A stretch of DNA of 64,000 nt from Candidatus Latescibacterota bacterium (GTDB lineage: Bacteria > Latescibacterota > UBA2968 > GCA-2709665): assembly GCA_965219995.1 (NCBI GenBank), contig CBDCOX010000002.1:224001-288000 (forward strand). Direction: 5' to 3'. The position numbers were made by a program, and so were the translations under genes. Below, one piece after another: positions 28,874 to 38,598 of this stretch. Under the pieces are notes generated by a model, which did no database searches, was not told where the DNA came from, and worked only from the letters and a program-made list of their open reading frames with translations. Numbering within the stretch: position 1 is the first letter of the stretch; each line of letters begins with the position of its first letter.

Positions 28874-30268
28874 ATGAGCAATACGAAGATGTGGGGCCCG
28901 GAGGCGTTCTGGGGTCTGGACTACGACTGGGATCCCCAATGGGTATTGACGCCCGGCCAAAAGGCGCTCCAGGAGAGACTGATCGACCTCTGCCGGACAA
29001 CGCTGCGGGACAACGCCGTAGAGAGCGATCGCAACCTCGTGTTTCCACGGGAAAACTTCGAGGCGCTGGCTTCGCTGGGCCTGCTTGGACTGAACGTGCC
29101 CCGGGAATGGGGAGGCCTGGGAGAAGACCACACGTGTACGGCGATGGTGGTGGAGACGATCGCGCGTTACGGGTGCGCCAGTACCGCGATGTGTTATACC
29201 ATGCACGTCGGGGCCGTGGCCGCCGCCATGTTCCGGGCGCACGACAACGCGACGCTTCAGGCCCTCATGAAGCGCCTCGACAGCGACGTGCTGGTGGGCA
29301 CGTTATCCTATTCGGACCCGGAGACGGGCTCCCATTTCTGGTACCCCATTTCTTCCGGGGCCGAACGGGTGGAAGGCGGCTGGAAGGTGCGAAAAAAGGC
29401 GTCGTGGACGACGTCCGCGGGTTTCGCCGACTGGTACATCGTGCAGACGACGAGCCCCGATTTCGCCGGTGATTATTCGAATCTTTCCTGCTTCCTCGTC
29501 ATGGCGGACGAGGTGAAAGCGGAACCGTCGCTGTGGGACGGCCTGGGTCTGCGCGGGAACCAGTCCGGCACATTGGAGGTCGACAACGTCACGATGCCGG
29601 AAAGCAGGCTGGTGGGGCCGGTGGGCGACGGGGCGAATTCGAATGACGAGACGGTGGATCCGTTCTTCCTGTTATGTTCATCGGCCTGCTGGAACGGGAT
29701 TTCTCTGGGGATGATCGACATCGCCAGGCGGCACACCACGGCGCGGCGACACGCCGACGTGGGGATGCGGGTGGCGGACTATCCGACAATCCAGGACTAC
29801 GTGGGCGAGGCCGTGATCGATACCAACACCTCCCGGTCCTTTGTGTACATGATGGCCCGTGCGATGGACGACGTCACGAATCAATGCGACTGGTCCATCC
29901 ACCGGGACCTCTCCTGCATGCCAAGGGCGGACGTGCTGCACTGGATGTGGCAGGTAAAGTTCACCGCGGCGAAGAACGTGGCAAACGTCTCCGACAAGAT
30001 GCTTCATGCCTGCGGCGGGACGGGGTACAAACCCGATCTGGGGATTGAACGGTACCTGCGCGACGGCAAGGCCGGCTGGGTGATGGGCCCCACGAACGAG
30101 GTCCTCCGCCAGTTTGTAGGGAAGAGCGTACTGTTGGGATTCGACTCGCTGGATTACTGGAACCAGTCGGTGAACGAGCGCCTGTTGAGGAACGAACTCA
30201 AGAAGATGGACGGCGAGACGAAGAAGGAACTCGCGCGTCAGCTTCTGGCTGAAACCGAAGACGGGTGA
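28874..30268 (+). CDS. Acyl-CoA dehydrogenase-fold flavoprotein
   Basis: GLLGLNVPREWGGLG, STAMCYTMH, YSDPETGS, KASWTTSAG, GLRGNQS, HACGGTGY, IERYLRD; GGAGG RBS before ATG 28874. Confidence 0.85.
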   Translation: MSNTKMWGPEAFWGLDYDWDPQWVLTPGQKALQERLIDLCRTTLRDNAVESDRNLVFPRENFEALASLGLLGLNVPREWGGLGEDHTCTAMVVETIARYGCASTAMCYTMHVGAVAAAMFRAHDNATLQALMKRLDSDVLVGTLSYSDPETGSHFWYPISSGAERVEGGWKVRKKASWTTSAGFADWYIVQTTSPDFAGDYSNLSCFLVMADEVKAEPSLWDGLGLRGNQSGTLEVDNVTMPESRLVGPVGDGANSNDETVDPFFLLCSSACWNGISLGMIDIARRHTTARRHADVGMRVADYPTIQDYVGEAVIDTNTSRSFVYMMARAMDDVTNQCDWSIHRDLSCMPRADVLHWMWQVKFTAAKNVANVSDKMLHACGGTGYKPDLGIERYLRDGKAGWVMGPTNEVLRQFVGKSVLLGFDSLDYWNQSVNERLLRNELKKMDGETKKELARQLLAETEDG

Positions 30269-32601
30269 TGCCTGCAGATGTCCAAATGACGGGGACGGGG
30301 TTGCTGAGGTGGATGCCGGGCAGGGAGCGCTATCGGGTGCCGGGCGGGGGGGCGATCGCCCTTGTGCTGTCGCCTGGCGACCGGCTGGCGGTTGTGGACG
30401 TGGAGGGGCGCCAGCGCTGCGAACTGGGTGTGTTCGGCCCGGATGGCAATGCCGATCCGTCCAGGCTGGGCGTCCGGGCCGATGGCCCGATGGAGGGTTT
30501 CACGTCCGCGCTCAGGCGGGGCGACGAAAGCGCCCAGGCGGCCGACGCGGCGCTTCGGCGGCGCGGCGTTGACCTTGCCCTGGCCACAGCGGTGCAGGTT
30601 TTCGGCGGAGAAACGGAAGCCGGCGCCGAAGCGTGCTTCGACGCCGCGGACGACGCCGTTTGCCTGATTGCTGCGCCGGGCGGGCCGATGAGGGTGGATG
30701 CCCAGAACCCTCCCACGGACCTCGATGTCGTGGTCAGGCGCTCGCGCGTTGCGGCGCCGGAACGCCCCCCGCTGCCTTCGCCTCTTGGTGACGTGCGCCT
30801 GGACCTGGAGGTGGAGAAGGCGTCGGCGATCGCTTACGAGGTAAAGGCCGGAGAGTTCATCCAGGTGATCGACGCCGCCGGCAGGCAGTGTTCCGATTTT
30901 CTGGCCTTCGACGCCAGGCAGTTGCAGCGGGGCATCGAGCGGGGGCTGGACGCGACCACGACGCGGACGCTCATGGGCACGGCCTATCCCGGCCCGGGAC
31001 TATTCTCGAGATTCTACGACCAGGATATGCAGCCGCTGGTCGAAGTCGTTCGGGATACGGTAGGCCGGCACGATACGTTTGCGCTTGCGTGCACCGCGAA
31101 ATATTACGAGGATATGGGTTACCCGGGCCACGTCAACTGTACGGACAACTTCAACGCGGCACTGGACCCGTATACGATTCAGTCCCGCCGCGGCTGGCCC
31201 GCGGTGAATTTTTTCTACAATACGAGAATAGACCTTAATAACGTCCTCTTCATGGATGAACCATGGTCTCGTCCGGGTGATTACGTGCTGCTGAAAGCCC
31301 TGACGGACCTGGTCTGCCTGTCGTCCGCGTGCCCGGACGATATCGATCCGGCCAACGGCTGGGAGCCAACGGAGATCCAGGTCCGCGTCTACCCGGAACG
31401 GTACCGGTTTTCCAGAGGAATTGCGCACCGGATGACGGCCGACGCCGAACCGAAGTTGACGAGGGAGACGGCCTTTCACCAGCGAACCTCGGCCCTGACT
31501 CGACATTTCGAGGAATACCGCGGTTTCTGGCTGCCGTCAGCCTACACGGGGACCGGCGCCGTCGAGGAATATTTCGCATGCCGCGAGGCCGCGGCGGTGA
31601 TGGACCTGTCCGCGCTTCGCAAGTTCGAGGTACTGGGCCCGGACGCCGAGGCATTGTTACAGCACACGATTACACGAGACGTTCGCAGGCTTTCGCCCGG
31701 GCAGGTGACGTATTCCGCCATGTGTTACGAAACCGGCGGCATGATGGACGACGGCACCCTGTTCCGGTTGGGCCCCGAGAATTTCCGTTGGATCTGCGGC
31801 GACGAATACGGCGGCGCGTGGCTGCGCGAACAGGCCGGTCGCCTTGGAATGCGGGCATGGGTCAGAAATTCGACCGATCAGCTCCACAATCTTGCCGTTC
31901 AGGGCCCCCGAAGCCGGGATATTCTGCGTGGGGTCATCTGGACGCCTCCGTCCCGCCCGTCCCTGGCCGAATTGGGCTGGTTCAAATTCACGGTGGGTCG
32001 AATCGGCGATGGAAGCGGAGCGGCGGTTGTGGTATCCAGGACCGGGTACACGGGAGAACTGGGCTATGAGGTGTGGTGCCATCCCAACGACGCATCCGCG
32101 GTCTGGGACGCAATCTGGGAATCGGGACAGCCGCATGGCCTGACCCCGTTGGGGCTGGAAGCCCTGGACATCCTTCGGATCGAGGCCGGTCTGGTTTTCG
32201 CCGGCTGCGAGTTCGACGATCAGACGGACCCGTTCGAGGCGGGTATCGGCTTCACCGTTCCGCTCAAGCGCAAGAAGGACGATTTCATCGGAAAAGAGGC
32301 GCTGATTCGAAGACGGTCCCATCCCCAGCGTGTGCTCGTGGGCCTGGAGTTGTCCGGGAACGAGCCCGCCGCCACGGGCGACGACGTCTACGTCGGGCGC
32401 GGACGCGTGGGCATGATTACCAGCGGCACCCGTTCACCCATTCTGGGCAGAAATATCGCGCTGTGCCGTCTGGCGACCGGGTACGCGGCGATCGGCGTGG
32501 ACGTGGAGGTGGGAAGGCTGGACGGACATCAGAAGCGGATCCCCGCCCGTGTGGTGCGGTTTCCGTTCTACGACCCGGAGAAGTCCCGGCCCCGTTCCTG
32601 A
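30265..32601 (+). CDS. tdm: DUF1989-GcvT fusion; trimethylamine N-oxide demethylase-like
   Basis: DUF1989 part (GRQCSDF, HDTFALAC-x-YYEDMGYPGHVNC, SSACPDD) fused to an aminomethyltransferase (DLSALRKFE, DDGT, SRTGYTGELGYE, RIEAGL, PFYDPEK); 778 aa. Confidence 0.85.
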   Translation: MMPADVQMTGTGLLRWMPGRERYRVPGGGAIALVLSPGDRLAVVDVEGRQRCELGVFGPDGNADPSRLGVRADGPMEGFTSALRRGDESAQAADAALRRRGVDLALATAVQVFGGETEAGAEACFDAADDAVCLIAAPGGPMRVDAQNPPTDLDVVVRRSRVAAPERPPLPSPLGDVRLDLEVEKASAIAYEVKAGEFIQVIDAAGRQCSDFLAFDARQLQRGIERGLDATTTRTLMGTAYPGPGLFSRFYDQDMQPLVEVVRDTVGRHDTFALACTAKYYEDMGYPGHVNCTDNFNAALDPYTIQSRRGWPAVNFFYNTRIDLNNVLFMDEPWSRPGDYVLLKALTDLVCLSSACPDDIDPANGWEPTEIQVRVYPERYRFSRGIAHRMTADAEPKLTRETAFHQRTSALTRHFEEYRGFWLPSAYTGTGAVEEYFACREAAAVMDLSALRKFEVLGPDAEALLQHTITRDVRRLSPGQVTYSAMCYETGGMMDDGTLFRLGPENFRWICGDEYGGAWLREQAGRLGMRAWVRNSTDQLHNLAVQGPRSRDILRGVIWTPPSRPSLAELGWFKFTVGRIGDGSGAAVVVSRTGYTGELGYEVWCHPNDASAVWDAIWESGQPHGLTPLGLEALDILRIEAGLVFAGCEFDDQTDPFEAGIGFTVPLKRKKDDFIGKEALIRRRSHPQRVLVGLELSGNEPAATGDDVYVGRGRVGMITSGTRSPILGRNIALCRLATGYAAIGVDVEVGRLDGHQKRIPARVVRFPFYDPEKSRPRS

Positions 32602-32719
32602 TCGATAAGCGAAATCTGAAACGCTTCAGAAGGAATTTCGGCGGCCCGGTTCACGGCGTCCGGACGTCCGGCGGCGGACTCGGCGAATCCCGCGCCGAGT
32701 CTGTTGAGAGGGTATCGGA

Positions 32720-33208
32720 ATGGCGTTCGACCCGATGGAACAACGGCGGATTATGGGCTGTTTCGCGACCGGCGTTACCGTCGTGACGACGGTTGCGGGC
32801 GGCCAGTCGCGGGGGATGACGGCCAATGCCGTGACCTCCCTGTCGCTGGATCCGCCCCTGGTCATGGTGGCCGTGGACAAAGGGGCGCAGATGCACGCCC
32901 ATCTGACCGGAAGCCGGCATTTTGCATTGAATATCCTCAGCGAGGATCAGGAAGCGCTTTCCGTGCAGTTCGCCAGGCCGGGGCCGAAGGACTTTTCGAA
33001 CGTGGCCTCGACCACGGGCAGGACTGGCTCGCCTGTCTTCGCGGAGACGCTGGGTCACGTGGAGTGTCTGCTGGTCGACGTACTTCGGACCGGCGACCAC
33101 GACATTTTCGTTGGTGAGATCGTGGCGGGCGATGCCGGTGAGGGTCGTCCGCTGCTGTTTTACCGGGGGAAGTACAGCCGGATGGTGGAAGTGTCCGTTC
33201 AGACCTGA
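32720..33208 (+). CDS. Flavin reductase (HpaC/RutF-like)
   Basis: FATGVTVVT, GMTANAVTSLSLDPPL, GDHDIFVGE, PLLFYRG. Confidence 0.92.
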   Translation: MAFDPMEQRRIMGCFATGVTVVTTVAGGQSRGMTANAVTSLSLDPPLVMVAVDKGAQMHAHLTGSRHFALNILSEDQEALSVQFARPGPKDFSNVASTTGRTGSPVFAETLGHVECLLVDVLRTGDHDIFVGEIVAGDAGEGRPLLFYRGKYSRMVEVSVQT

Positions 33209-33309
33209 AGGACCTCTGCCGCGGGCCTGAGCTTGTCTTCTGGTGTTCTGTCCCGCAGTTAGGTCTCCTGAATTCGGCCTGAGAGAAGCAGCGATCAGCC
33301 AAAGGCGGT

Positions 33310-33588
33310 GAGACGGGAGAGGATAGACGGGAGACGATATGAGTGCCTGATGAACGGGTAGACGTAAGACGGGAGAGGGGAGATGATGTGAGTGTCCGTT
33401 CGGTTTATTAATCGTAGCGACGATTCCTATGCAATCGGCACCGGTTATTTTGAGATACTTTCAGTCAATCCTGAGAGTAACGCAATGTGGCTGAGTTCCA
33501 AATTCGTGTTCCGGCGCTATCTTTTTGGGTTGGCGCCGCATCAGACGGTAAGGTTATCCTCTACCGTCTCCCGGCTCACGTCTTACCG
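33310..33588. repeat. Degenerate 7-bp tandem repeats in inverted orientation
   Basis: GAGACGG-like heptamers at 33310-33379 and complementary CTCCCGT-like heptamers at 33555-33588. Confidence 0.55.
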
Positions 33589-33685
33589 AAGTTAGAAGAC
33601 CACACCGCAGCGAGACGGGATGAATCGTCGGCAAAATGGTGAGATATTTTCTGGACAGATCGCCAGTTTTGAAGGGAGGAATGGA

Positions 33686-35077
33686 ATGGATAACGAACTC
33701 AGCGCATTGACCGTCGTGTTTACGGAGTTCTATTACTGGATATGCATCGTTCTCATGTTCCTGATCCACGTCGGCTTCTGTCTGTATGAAGTCGGCGTTT
33801 CCAGGCGGAAGAATATGATGCACACCTTGATGAAGAACGCGATGTTGATTCCTCTGGTGACCATCACGTTCTATTTCTTCGGGTGGTGGATCTACTTTGC
33901 GGTCCAGAACGGGCCCGGGATCACGGGCGGGCTCATCAAGGCCGCCTGGGCGGAGCCGTGGAATGAACTGATGGGGACGCATATGGGCGGAAAGCCGCAC
34001 GGCGGCGGGTTGACGGGGGCCGATACGGCACTCTGGGCGCGGTTGAACGGCGTGTTCTGGGCGGCGTTTCTCCTGTTTTCGTGGACGGCGGGATCGATTC
34101 TTTCGGGGGCGGTCATCGAACGCATCCGATCCGGCGCGTTCTGGATTTTTGCGGTGCTGGTGGGTTCGGTCACGTGGGTGATCGATGCGGCCTGGGGATG
34201 GTCCGCGGACGGCTGGATGGTGCAGTTGCTGGGCTATCACGACGCGTACGCGTCCGGCGTGATCCACGCGATCAGCGGCGGTTCCGCGCTGGCGATACTT
34301 TATCACCTCGGGCCGCGCATCGGCAGGTTCAGGCCTGACGGCTCTCCGAGGAATTTCCCGCCGCAGAACACGTGGCTGGTCATCATCGGACTGTTTCTGA
34401 TCTATACCGGATTCTGGGGCTTCTACGCGGCCTGCAACGTTCCCATAATGGACATCGATGCCGCCGACGGCAGGGCGTTCTTCTCGGCCACCACGATTTA
34501 CCTCACACCCACGACGCTCAGCGCCATCACCTTCAACTTTCTGATGTCTCTCGCCGGCGGATTGATCATGGGGTACTTCGTGTCCAAAGGCGATCCGTAC
34601 TGGACCTTCTCGGGCGGACTGGCCGGCATCATTACGGCGTCGGCCGGCAACGACCTGTACCATCCGATGCAGGCGCTTCTCATCGGCGCATTCGGCACGT
34701 TCTGCATGTACAAGCTGCACAATTGGGTCGAACGCCGCTTCAGGATCGACGATGCGGTGGGCGCCGTGGCGGTGCACGGATACGCCGGGGTCATCGGCGT
34801 GATTGTCGCGGGGTTCGTGCTGTGGGGGTATCCGGGCGCGAATCCCGACTACGCCCCCATAACGCCCTGGGGCCAGACGCTCGGCGCCGTCATCATGTTC
34901 TTCGTGCTGGGTTTTCTGCCCTGTTACGTGGTGGGCGCGGTTCTCAAGAAACTGGGCGTTCTCCGCATTCCGGGGCGAATCGAACTGGCGGGTCTGGATC
35001 ACGCGACCATCGAGAACGAAACGTCGGCTGCGAACGAACTCGTTCAGGCGGAAGTCGACGAAGCGCGGGGAAAATGA
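33686..35077 (+). CDS. amt: Ammonium transporter (Amt) family, methylamine-cluster type
   Basis: IHVGFCLYEVG, SGAVIERIR, GVIH and IDDAVGAVAVHG twin-His motifs; multiple TM helices; GGAGG RBS. Confidence 0.9.
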   Translation: MDNELSALTVVFTEFYYWICIVLMFLIHVGFCLYEVGVSRRKNMMHTLMKNAMLIPLVTITFYFFGWWIYFAVQNGPGITGGLIKAAWAEPWNELMGTHMGGKPHGGGLTGADTALWARLNGVFWAAFLLFSWTAGSILSGAVIERIRSGAFWIFAVLVGSVTWVIDAAWGWSADGWMVQLLGYHDAYASGVIHAISGGSALAILYHLGPRIGRFRPDGSPRNFPPQNTWLVIIGLFLIYTGFWGFYAACNVPIMDIDAADGRAFFSATTIYLTPTTLSAITFNFLMSLAGGLIMGYFVSKGDPYWTFSGGLAGIITASAGNDLYHPMQALLIGAFGTFCMYKLHNWVERRFRIDDAVGAVAVHGYAGVIGVIVAGFVLWGYPGANPDYAPITPWGQTLGAVIMFFVLGFLPCYVVGAVLKKLGVLRIPGRIELAGLDHATIENETSAANELVQAEVDEARGK

Positions 35078-35086
35078 AGGGTAGCG

Positions 35087-36772
35087 ATGCGCGAGCAGGG
35101 GAACTTGCCGGATATTGAAATCGCGAGGCGGGCCGATTTGCTTCAGGTCGGCGAGGTCGGTCGAAAGCTGGGCGTACCCGAAGATCAACTGGAGGTCTAC
35201 GGCAGGTACAAGGCCAAGGTTTCGTTGGGTTTTTGCGACAGCCTGGCCGGAAATCCCACCGGAAAACTGGTGCTGGTCTCGGCGATCAATCCGACACCCT
35301 CCGGCGAGGGAAAGACCACCACAACCGTGGGTCTGGGCGACGCGCTGAACCGGCTGGGCAAGCGCGCGGCCGTGTGTCTCCGGGAGCCCTCTCTGGGTCC
35401 CTGTTTCGGCATGAAGGGAGGCGCTGCCGGCGGCGGGGCCTCGCAGGTCGCGCCGATGGAGGACATCAACCTGCACTTTACGGGCGATATCCACGCCATC
35501 GGCGTCGCCCACAATCTGCTGGCCGCGGCAATCGACAACCACATTCATCACCGCAACAGGCTGGATATCGATCCCCGGCGCATCCTGTGGAAGCGCGCCC
35601 TGGATATGAACGACAGGGCGCTGCGCGATATCGTCATCGGTCTCGGGGGCACGGGGAATTCCTACCCTCGGGAATCCGGCTTTGAAATCACGGTCGCGTC
35701 CGAAGTGATGGCGATCTTCTGCCTGTCGGAGTCGCTCGACGAACTTCGTGAGCGGCTGGGTCGAATCATCGTGGCGCGTACACGGGCCAACGAGCCGGTC
35801 ACAGCGGCGGACCTCAACGTGCACGGGGCGATGGCCGTGCTGTTGAAGGACGCGTTAAAACCGAATCTGGTCCAGACGCTCGAGAACAACCCTGCGATCG
35901 TCCACGGGGGTCCGTTCGCCAATATCGCGCACGGATGCAACTCGGTGATCGCGACGAAACTGGCGATGCGTCTGGCCGAGTACACCGTTACAGAGGCCGG
36001 ATTCGGCGCGGACCTCGGCGCGGAGAAATTTCTGAACATCAAATGCCGCCAGGCCGGCATCCGCCCGGACGTGGTGGTGCTCGTGGCAACCGTCCGTGGC
36101 CTGAAATACCATGGAGGGACGTCGCTCAGGAGGCTGGCGGACCCGGATCCGGCCGCGGTCGAGAAAGGCCTCGTAAACCTCAGGAAGCATATTGAGAATG
36201 TCCGGCGCTTCGGGCTGCCGGCGGTGGTCGCCGTGAACCGGTTTCTTTCCGACACCACCGGTGAGGTCGCATTGATCCTGGACAGGTGCGCCGACATGGA
36301 TTTACCGATCGTTCCTTCGGAACACTGGGCCGGAGGAGGGGCTGGCGCCGAAGCGCTTGCCCGCACGGTGGTCGAAGCCGCGAAAACGGCGCCTGCCGAT
36401 TTCAACCTGTTGTATCCCGACAGCCTGCGGTTGTGGGACAAGGCCAGGATCGTGGCCCGGGAAATCTACGGCGCCGACGATATCCTGGGGGACAAACGCC
36501 TGAGAGCCCGGTTCGGAAAGCTCGAGGAAGCGGGGTACGGGAGGCTTCCGGTCTGTATGGCCAAGACCCAGTATTCGCTCTCGACCGATCCGGGACTGAA
36601 GGGCAGACCGAAAGGTTTCGACGTGCCCATCCGCGACGTGAGGGTGTCTGCCGGGGCCGGTTTTGTTGTCGTCTACACCGGCGACGTCATGACAATGCCG
36701 GGGCTGCCCCGAAAGCCATCGGCCGAAGCGATCGACTACGATGAAGCCGGACAGACCGTGGGACTGTTCTGA
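35087..36772 (+). CDS. fhs: Formate--tetrahydrofolate ligase
   Basis: [72 protein letters not shown]. Confidence 0.97.
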   Translation: MREQGNLPDIEIARRADLLQVGEVGRKLGVPEDQLEVYGRYKAKVSLGFCDSLAGNPTGKLVLVSAINPTPSGEGKTTTTVGLGDALNRLGKRAAVCLREPSLGPCFGMKGGAAGGGASQVAPMEDINLHFTGDIHAIGVAHNLLAAAIDNHIHHRNRLDIDPRRILWKRALDMNDRALRDIVIGLGGTGNSYPRESGFEITVASEVMAIFCLSESLDELRERLGRIIVARTRANEPVTAADLNVHGAMAVLLKDALKPNLVQTLENNPAIVHGGPFANIAHGCNSVIATKLAMRLAEYTVTEAGFGADLGAEKFLNIKCRQAGIRPDVVVLVATVRGLKYHGGTSLRRLADPDPAAVEKGLVNLRKHIENVRRFGLPAVVAVNRFLSDTTGEVALILDRCADMDLPIVPSEHWAGGGAGAEALARTVVEAAKTAPADFNLLYPDSLRLWDKARIVAREIYGADDILGDKRLRARFGKLEEAGYGRLPVCMAKTQYSLSTDPGLKGRPKGFDVPIRDVRVSAGAGFVVVYTGDVMTMPGLPRKPSAEAIDYDEAGQTVGLF

Positions 36773-36909
36773 GAGCGGAGCCGCCACCGATGGTGTCCGC
36801 CGTCTCTGGTGAGCGCGACACCTTCGAAATCCGGCATCCGGACGCTTCGCTTCAGGTTCCGAATGAGACGAATGGTTTCAACATACTCACCAGCGTAAGG
36901 AGGTGGCAG

Positions 36910-37140
36910 ATGAGAACGGGTCAGATAGACACGTGGACGGGAAATCCGGCTGACGTGGGTCCCATGTATCCCTTTGTCGGGTACGAGGTCCCGCTGTTCG
37001 TGGTCTGCGTTGCGCTGTGGCTTGCGTACACGGTCTGGCAGATGAAACACGAGAACGCGGTCTATCAGGACGAACTGGATCGGTCCGCCGAGGCCGCGCC
37101 TTCCGTATCGGAAACGGAAGGTGAGGGCAGGGATTCCTAA
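36910..37140 (+). CDS. Small single-pass membrane protein, 76 aa
   Basis: GGAGG RBS; W...DVGPMYPFVG followed by a hydrophobic helix and WQMKHE. Confidence 0.7.
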   Translation: MRTGQIDTWTGNPADVGPMYPFVGYEVPLFVVCVALWLAYTVWQMKHENAVYQDELDRSAEAAPSVSETEGEGRDS

Positions 37141-37167
37141 CGATGTTTTTCCGGGGGAGAATTTGCA

Positions 37168-38502
37168 ATGACGGTGGACCAGGTTAAGGAAGTTGTAGAG
37201 AGAAATGGAATAGACTTCTTTCTGTGTTCTTTCGTGGAAATGAGCGGAATGCCGAAGGCCAAGGTCGTGCCGGTCACGCACCTGGACGACATGGCATCGG
37301 AAGGCGCGGGGTTCGCGGGGTTCGCGGCGGGCAATATGGGGCAGGGGCCGCACGATTCCGACATGATGAACATACCGGATTTCCGTTCGATGACCGTGTT
37401 GCCGTGGCGAAAGAACACGGCGTGGGTGGCGGGCAATATCCAGGTCGAAGGGGAACCGTTCGGCTATTGTCCCCGGACGATTCTGCAGCGGCAGCTCGAG
37501 AAGGCGGAGGCAAAGGGATATCGGTTGAATCTGGGCGTGGAAGCGGAGTTCATCCTCCTGAAGAAGGACGATCAGGGCCAATATACGCTGGCCGATCCGA
37601 TGGACACGTTGGAAAAGCCCTGTTACGATCTCGTCACCCTGCATCGCAATCTGGATGTGATGACCACGCTCATCGGGTATATGCAGGAACTGGGATGGGA
37701 ACCCTACGCCAACGACCACGAAGACGCCAATTGCCAGTTCGAGATCAACTGGACCTATTCCGACGCGCTGACGACCGCGGACCGGCAGACGTTTTTCAGA
37801 TGGATGGTGAAAGTCAACGCGGAGCGTCACGGATACCACGCGACCTTCATGCCGAAACCGTTTTCTCATCTCACCGGGAGCGGGGCGCATTATCACATGA
37901 GCCTGTGGGATCCGGAAAACACGACCAATCTGTTCCTGGACGAGACGGACGAAAACGGCCTTTCGAAAGAGGCCTACTGGTTTATGGCGGGCATTCTCAA
38001 TCACGCCAAGGCGATTTCGGCCGTTTCGGCCCCTCTGGTGAACAGCTACAAGCGCCTGACGAGGGGCGCTCCCCGGTCCGGCGCGTCCTGGGCGCCGATC
38101 TGCATCACTTACGGCGGATCGAACCGGACGCAGATGGTCCGCATCCCGGACGCGGGGCGTATCGAGAATCGGGCGATCGACGGGGCGGCCAATCCATACC
38201 TGACGGCCGCGGTGATGCTGGCGGCGGGGCTCGACGGCATCGAAAACCGCATGGAGCCGGGCGAGCGCAACGAGGGCAATCTCTACGAGGTGTCCGAGAG
38301 CGAGTTGAAAGCGCGGGGCATCGATCTGCTGCCCGGTACCCTGGCCGAGGCGGCCGACCACCTGGCGTCCGACGACGTACTCCGGGAAGCGCTCGGAACG
38401 GAATATGCCGACTACTATGTGCAGGTGAAGCGCGAAGAGTGGGCGGAGTACCATTTGCACGTCGACCAGTGGGAGCGTGAACGCTATCTGCCGGTCTACT
38501 AG
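37168..38502 (+). CDS. glnT: Type III glutamine synthetase family (GlnT); probable gamma-glutamylmethylamide synthetase GmaS
   Basis: KAKVVP, GAGFAGFA, GVEAEF, NDHEDANCQFEIN, TFMPKPF, GSGAHYH, NSYKRL, NRTQMVRIP, ENRAIDGAANPYL; context with glxD and tdm. Confidence 0.85.
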   Translation: MTVDQVKEVVERNGIDFFLCSFVEMSGMPKAKVVPVTHLDDMASEGAGFAGFAAGNMGQGPHDSDMMNIPDFRSMTVLPWRKNTAWVAGNIQVEGEPFGYCPRTILQRQLEKAEAKGYRLNLGVEAEFILLKKDDQGQYTLADPMDTLEKPCYDLVTLHRNLDVMTTLIGYMQELGWEPYANDHEDANCQFEINWTYSDALTTADRQTFFRWMVKVNAERHGYHATFMPKPFSHLTGSGAHYHMSLWDPENTTNLFLDETDENGLSKEAYWFMAGILNHAKAISAVSAPLVNSYKRLTRGAPRSGASWAPICITYGGSNRTQMVRIPDAGRIENRAIDGAANPYLTAAVMLAAGLDGIENRMEPGERNEGNLYEVSESELKARGIDLLPGTLAEAADHLASDDVLREALGTEYADYYVQVKREEWAEYHLHVDQWERERYLPVY

Positions 38503-38598
38503 CTCCGGATGTCGGACGAATTCCCGTACCGTTCCAGGCTCGCGGTCAACCGCGTGCCTGGAACGTTGCAGTTTCGGTTGACGCCGAGAGGTCTGTAA

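Noticed and set aside
30265-31400. DUF1989 as carboxyguanidine deiminase with a guanidine riboswitch
   Set aside because: The domain is fused to GcvT (Tdm architecture); no urea carboxylase gene or riboswitch motif was seen in the leaders.
32615-32701. Hairpins between tdm and the flavin reductase gene (GACTCGGCG/CGCCGAGTC)
   Set aside because: No U-tract and no second copy seen; at most an mRNA-stability element.
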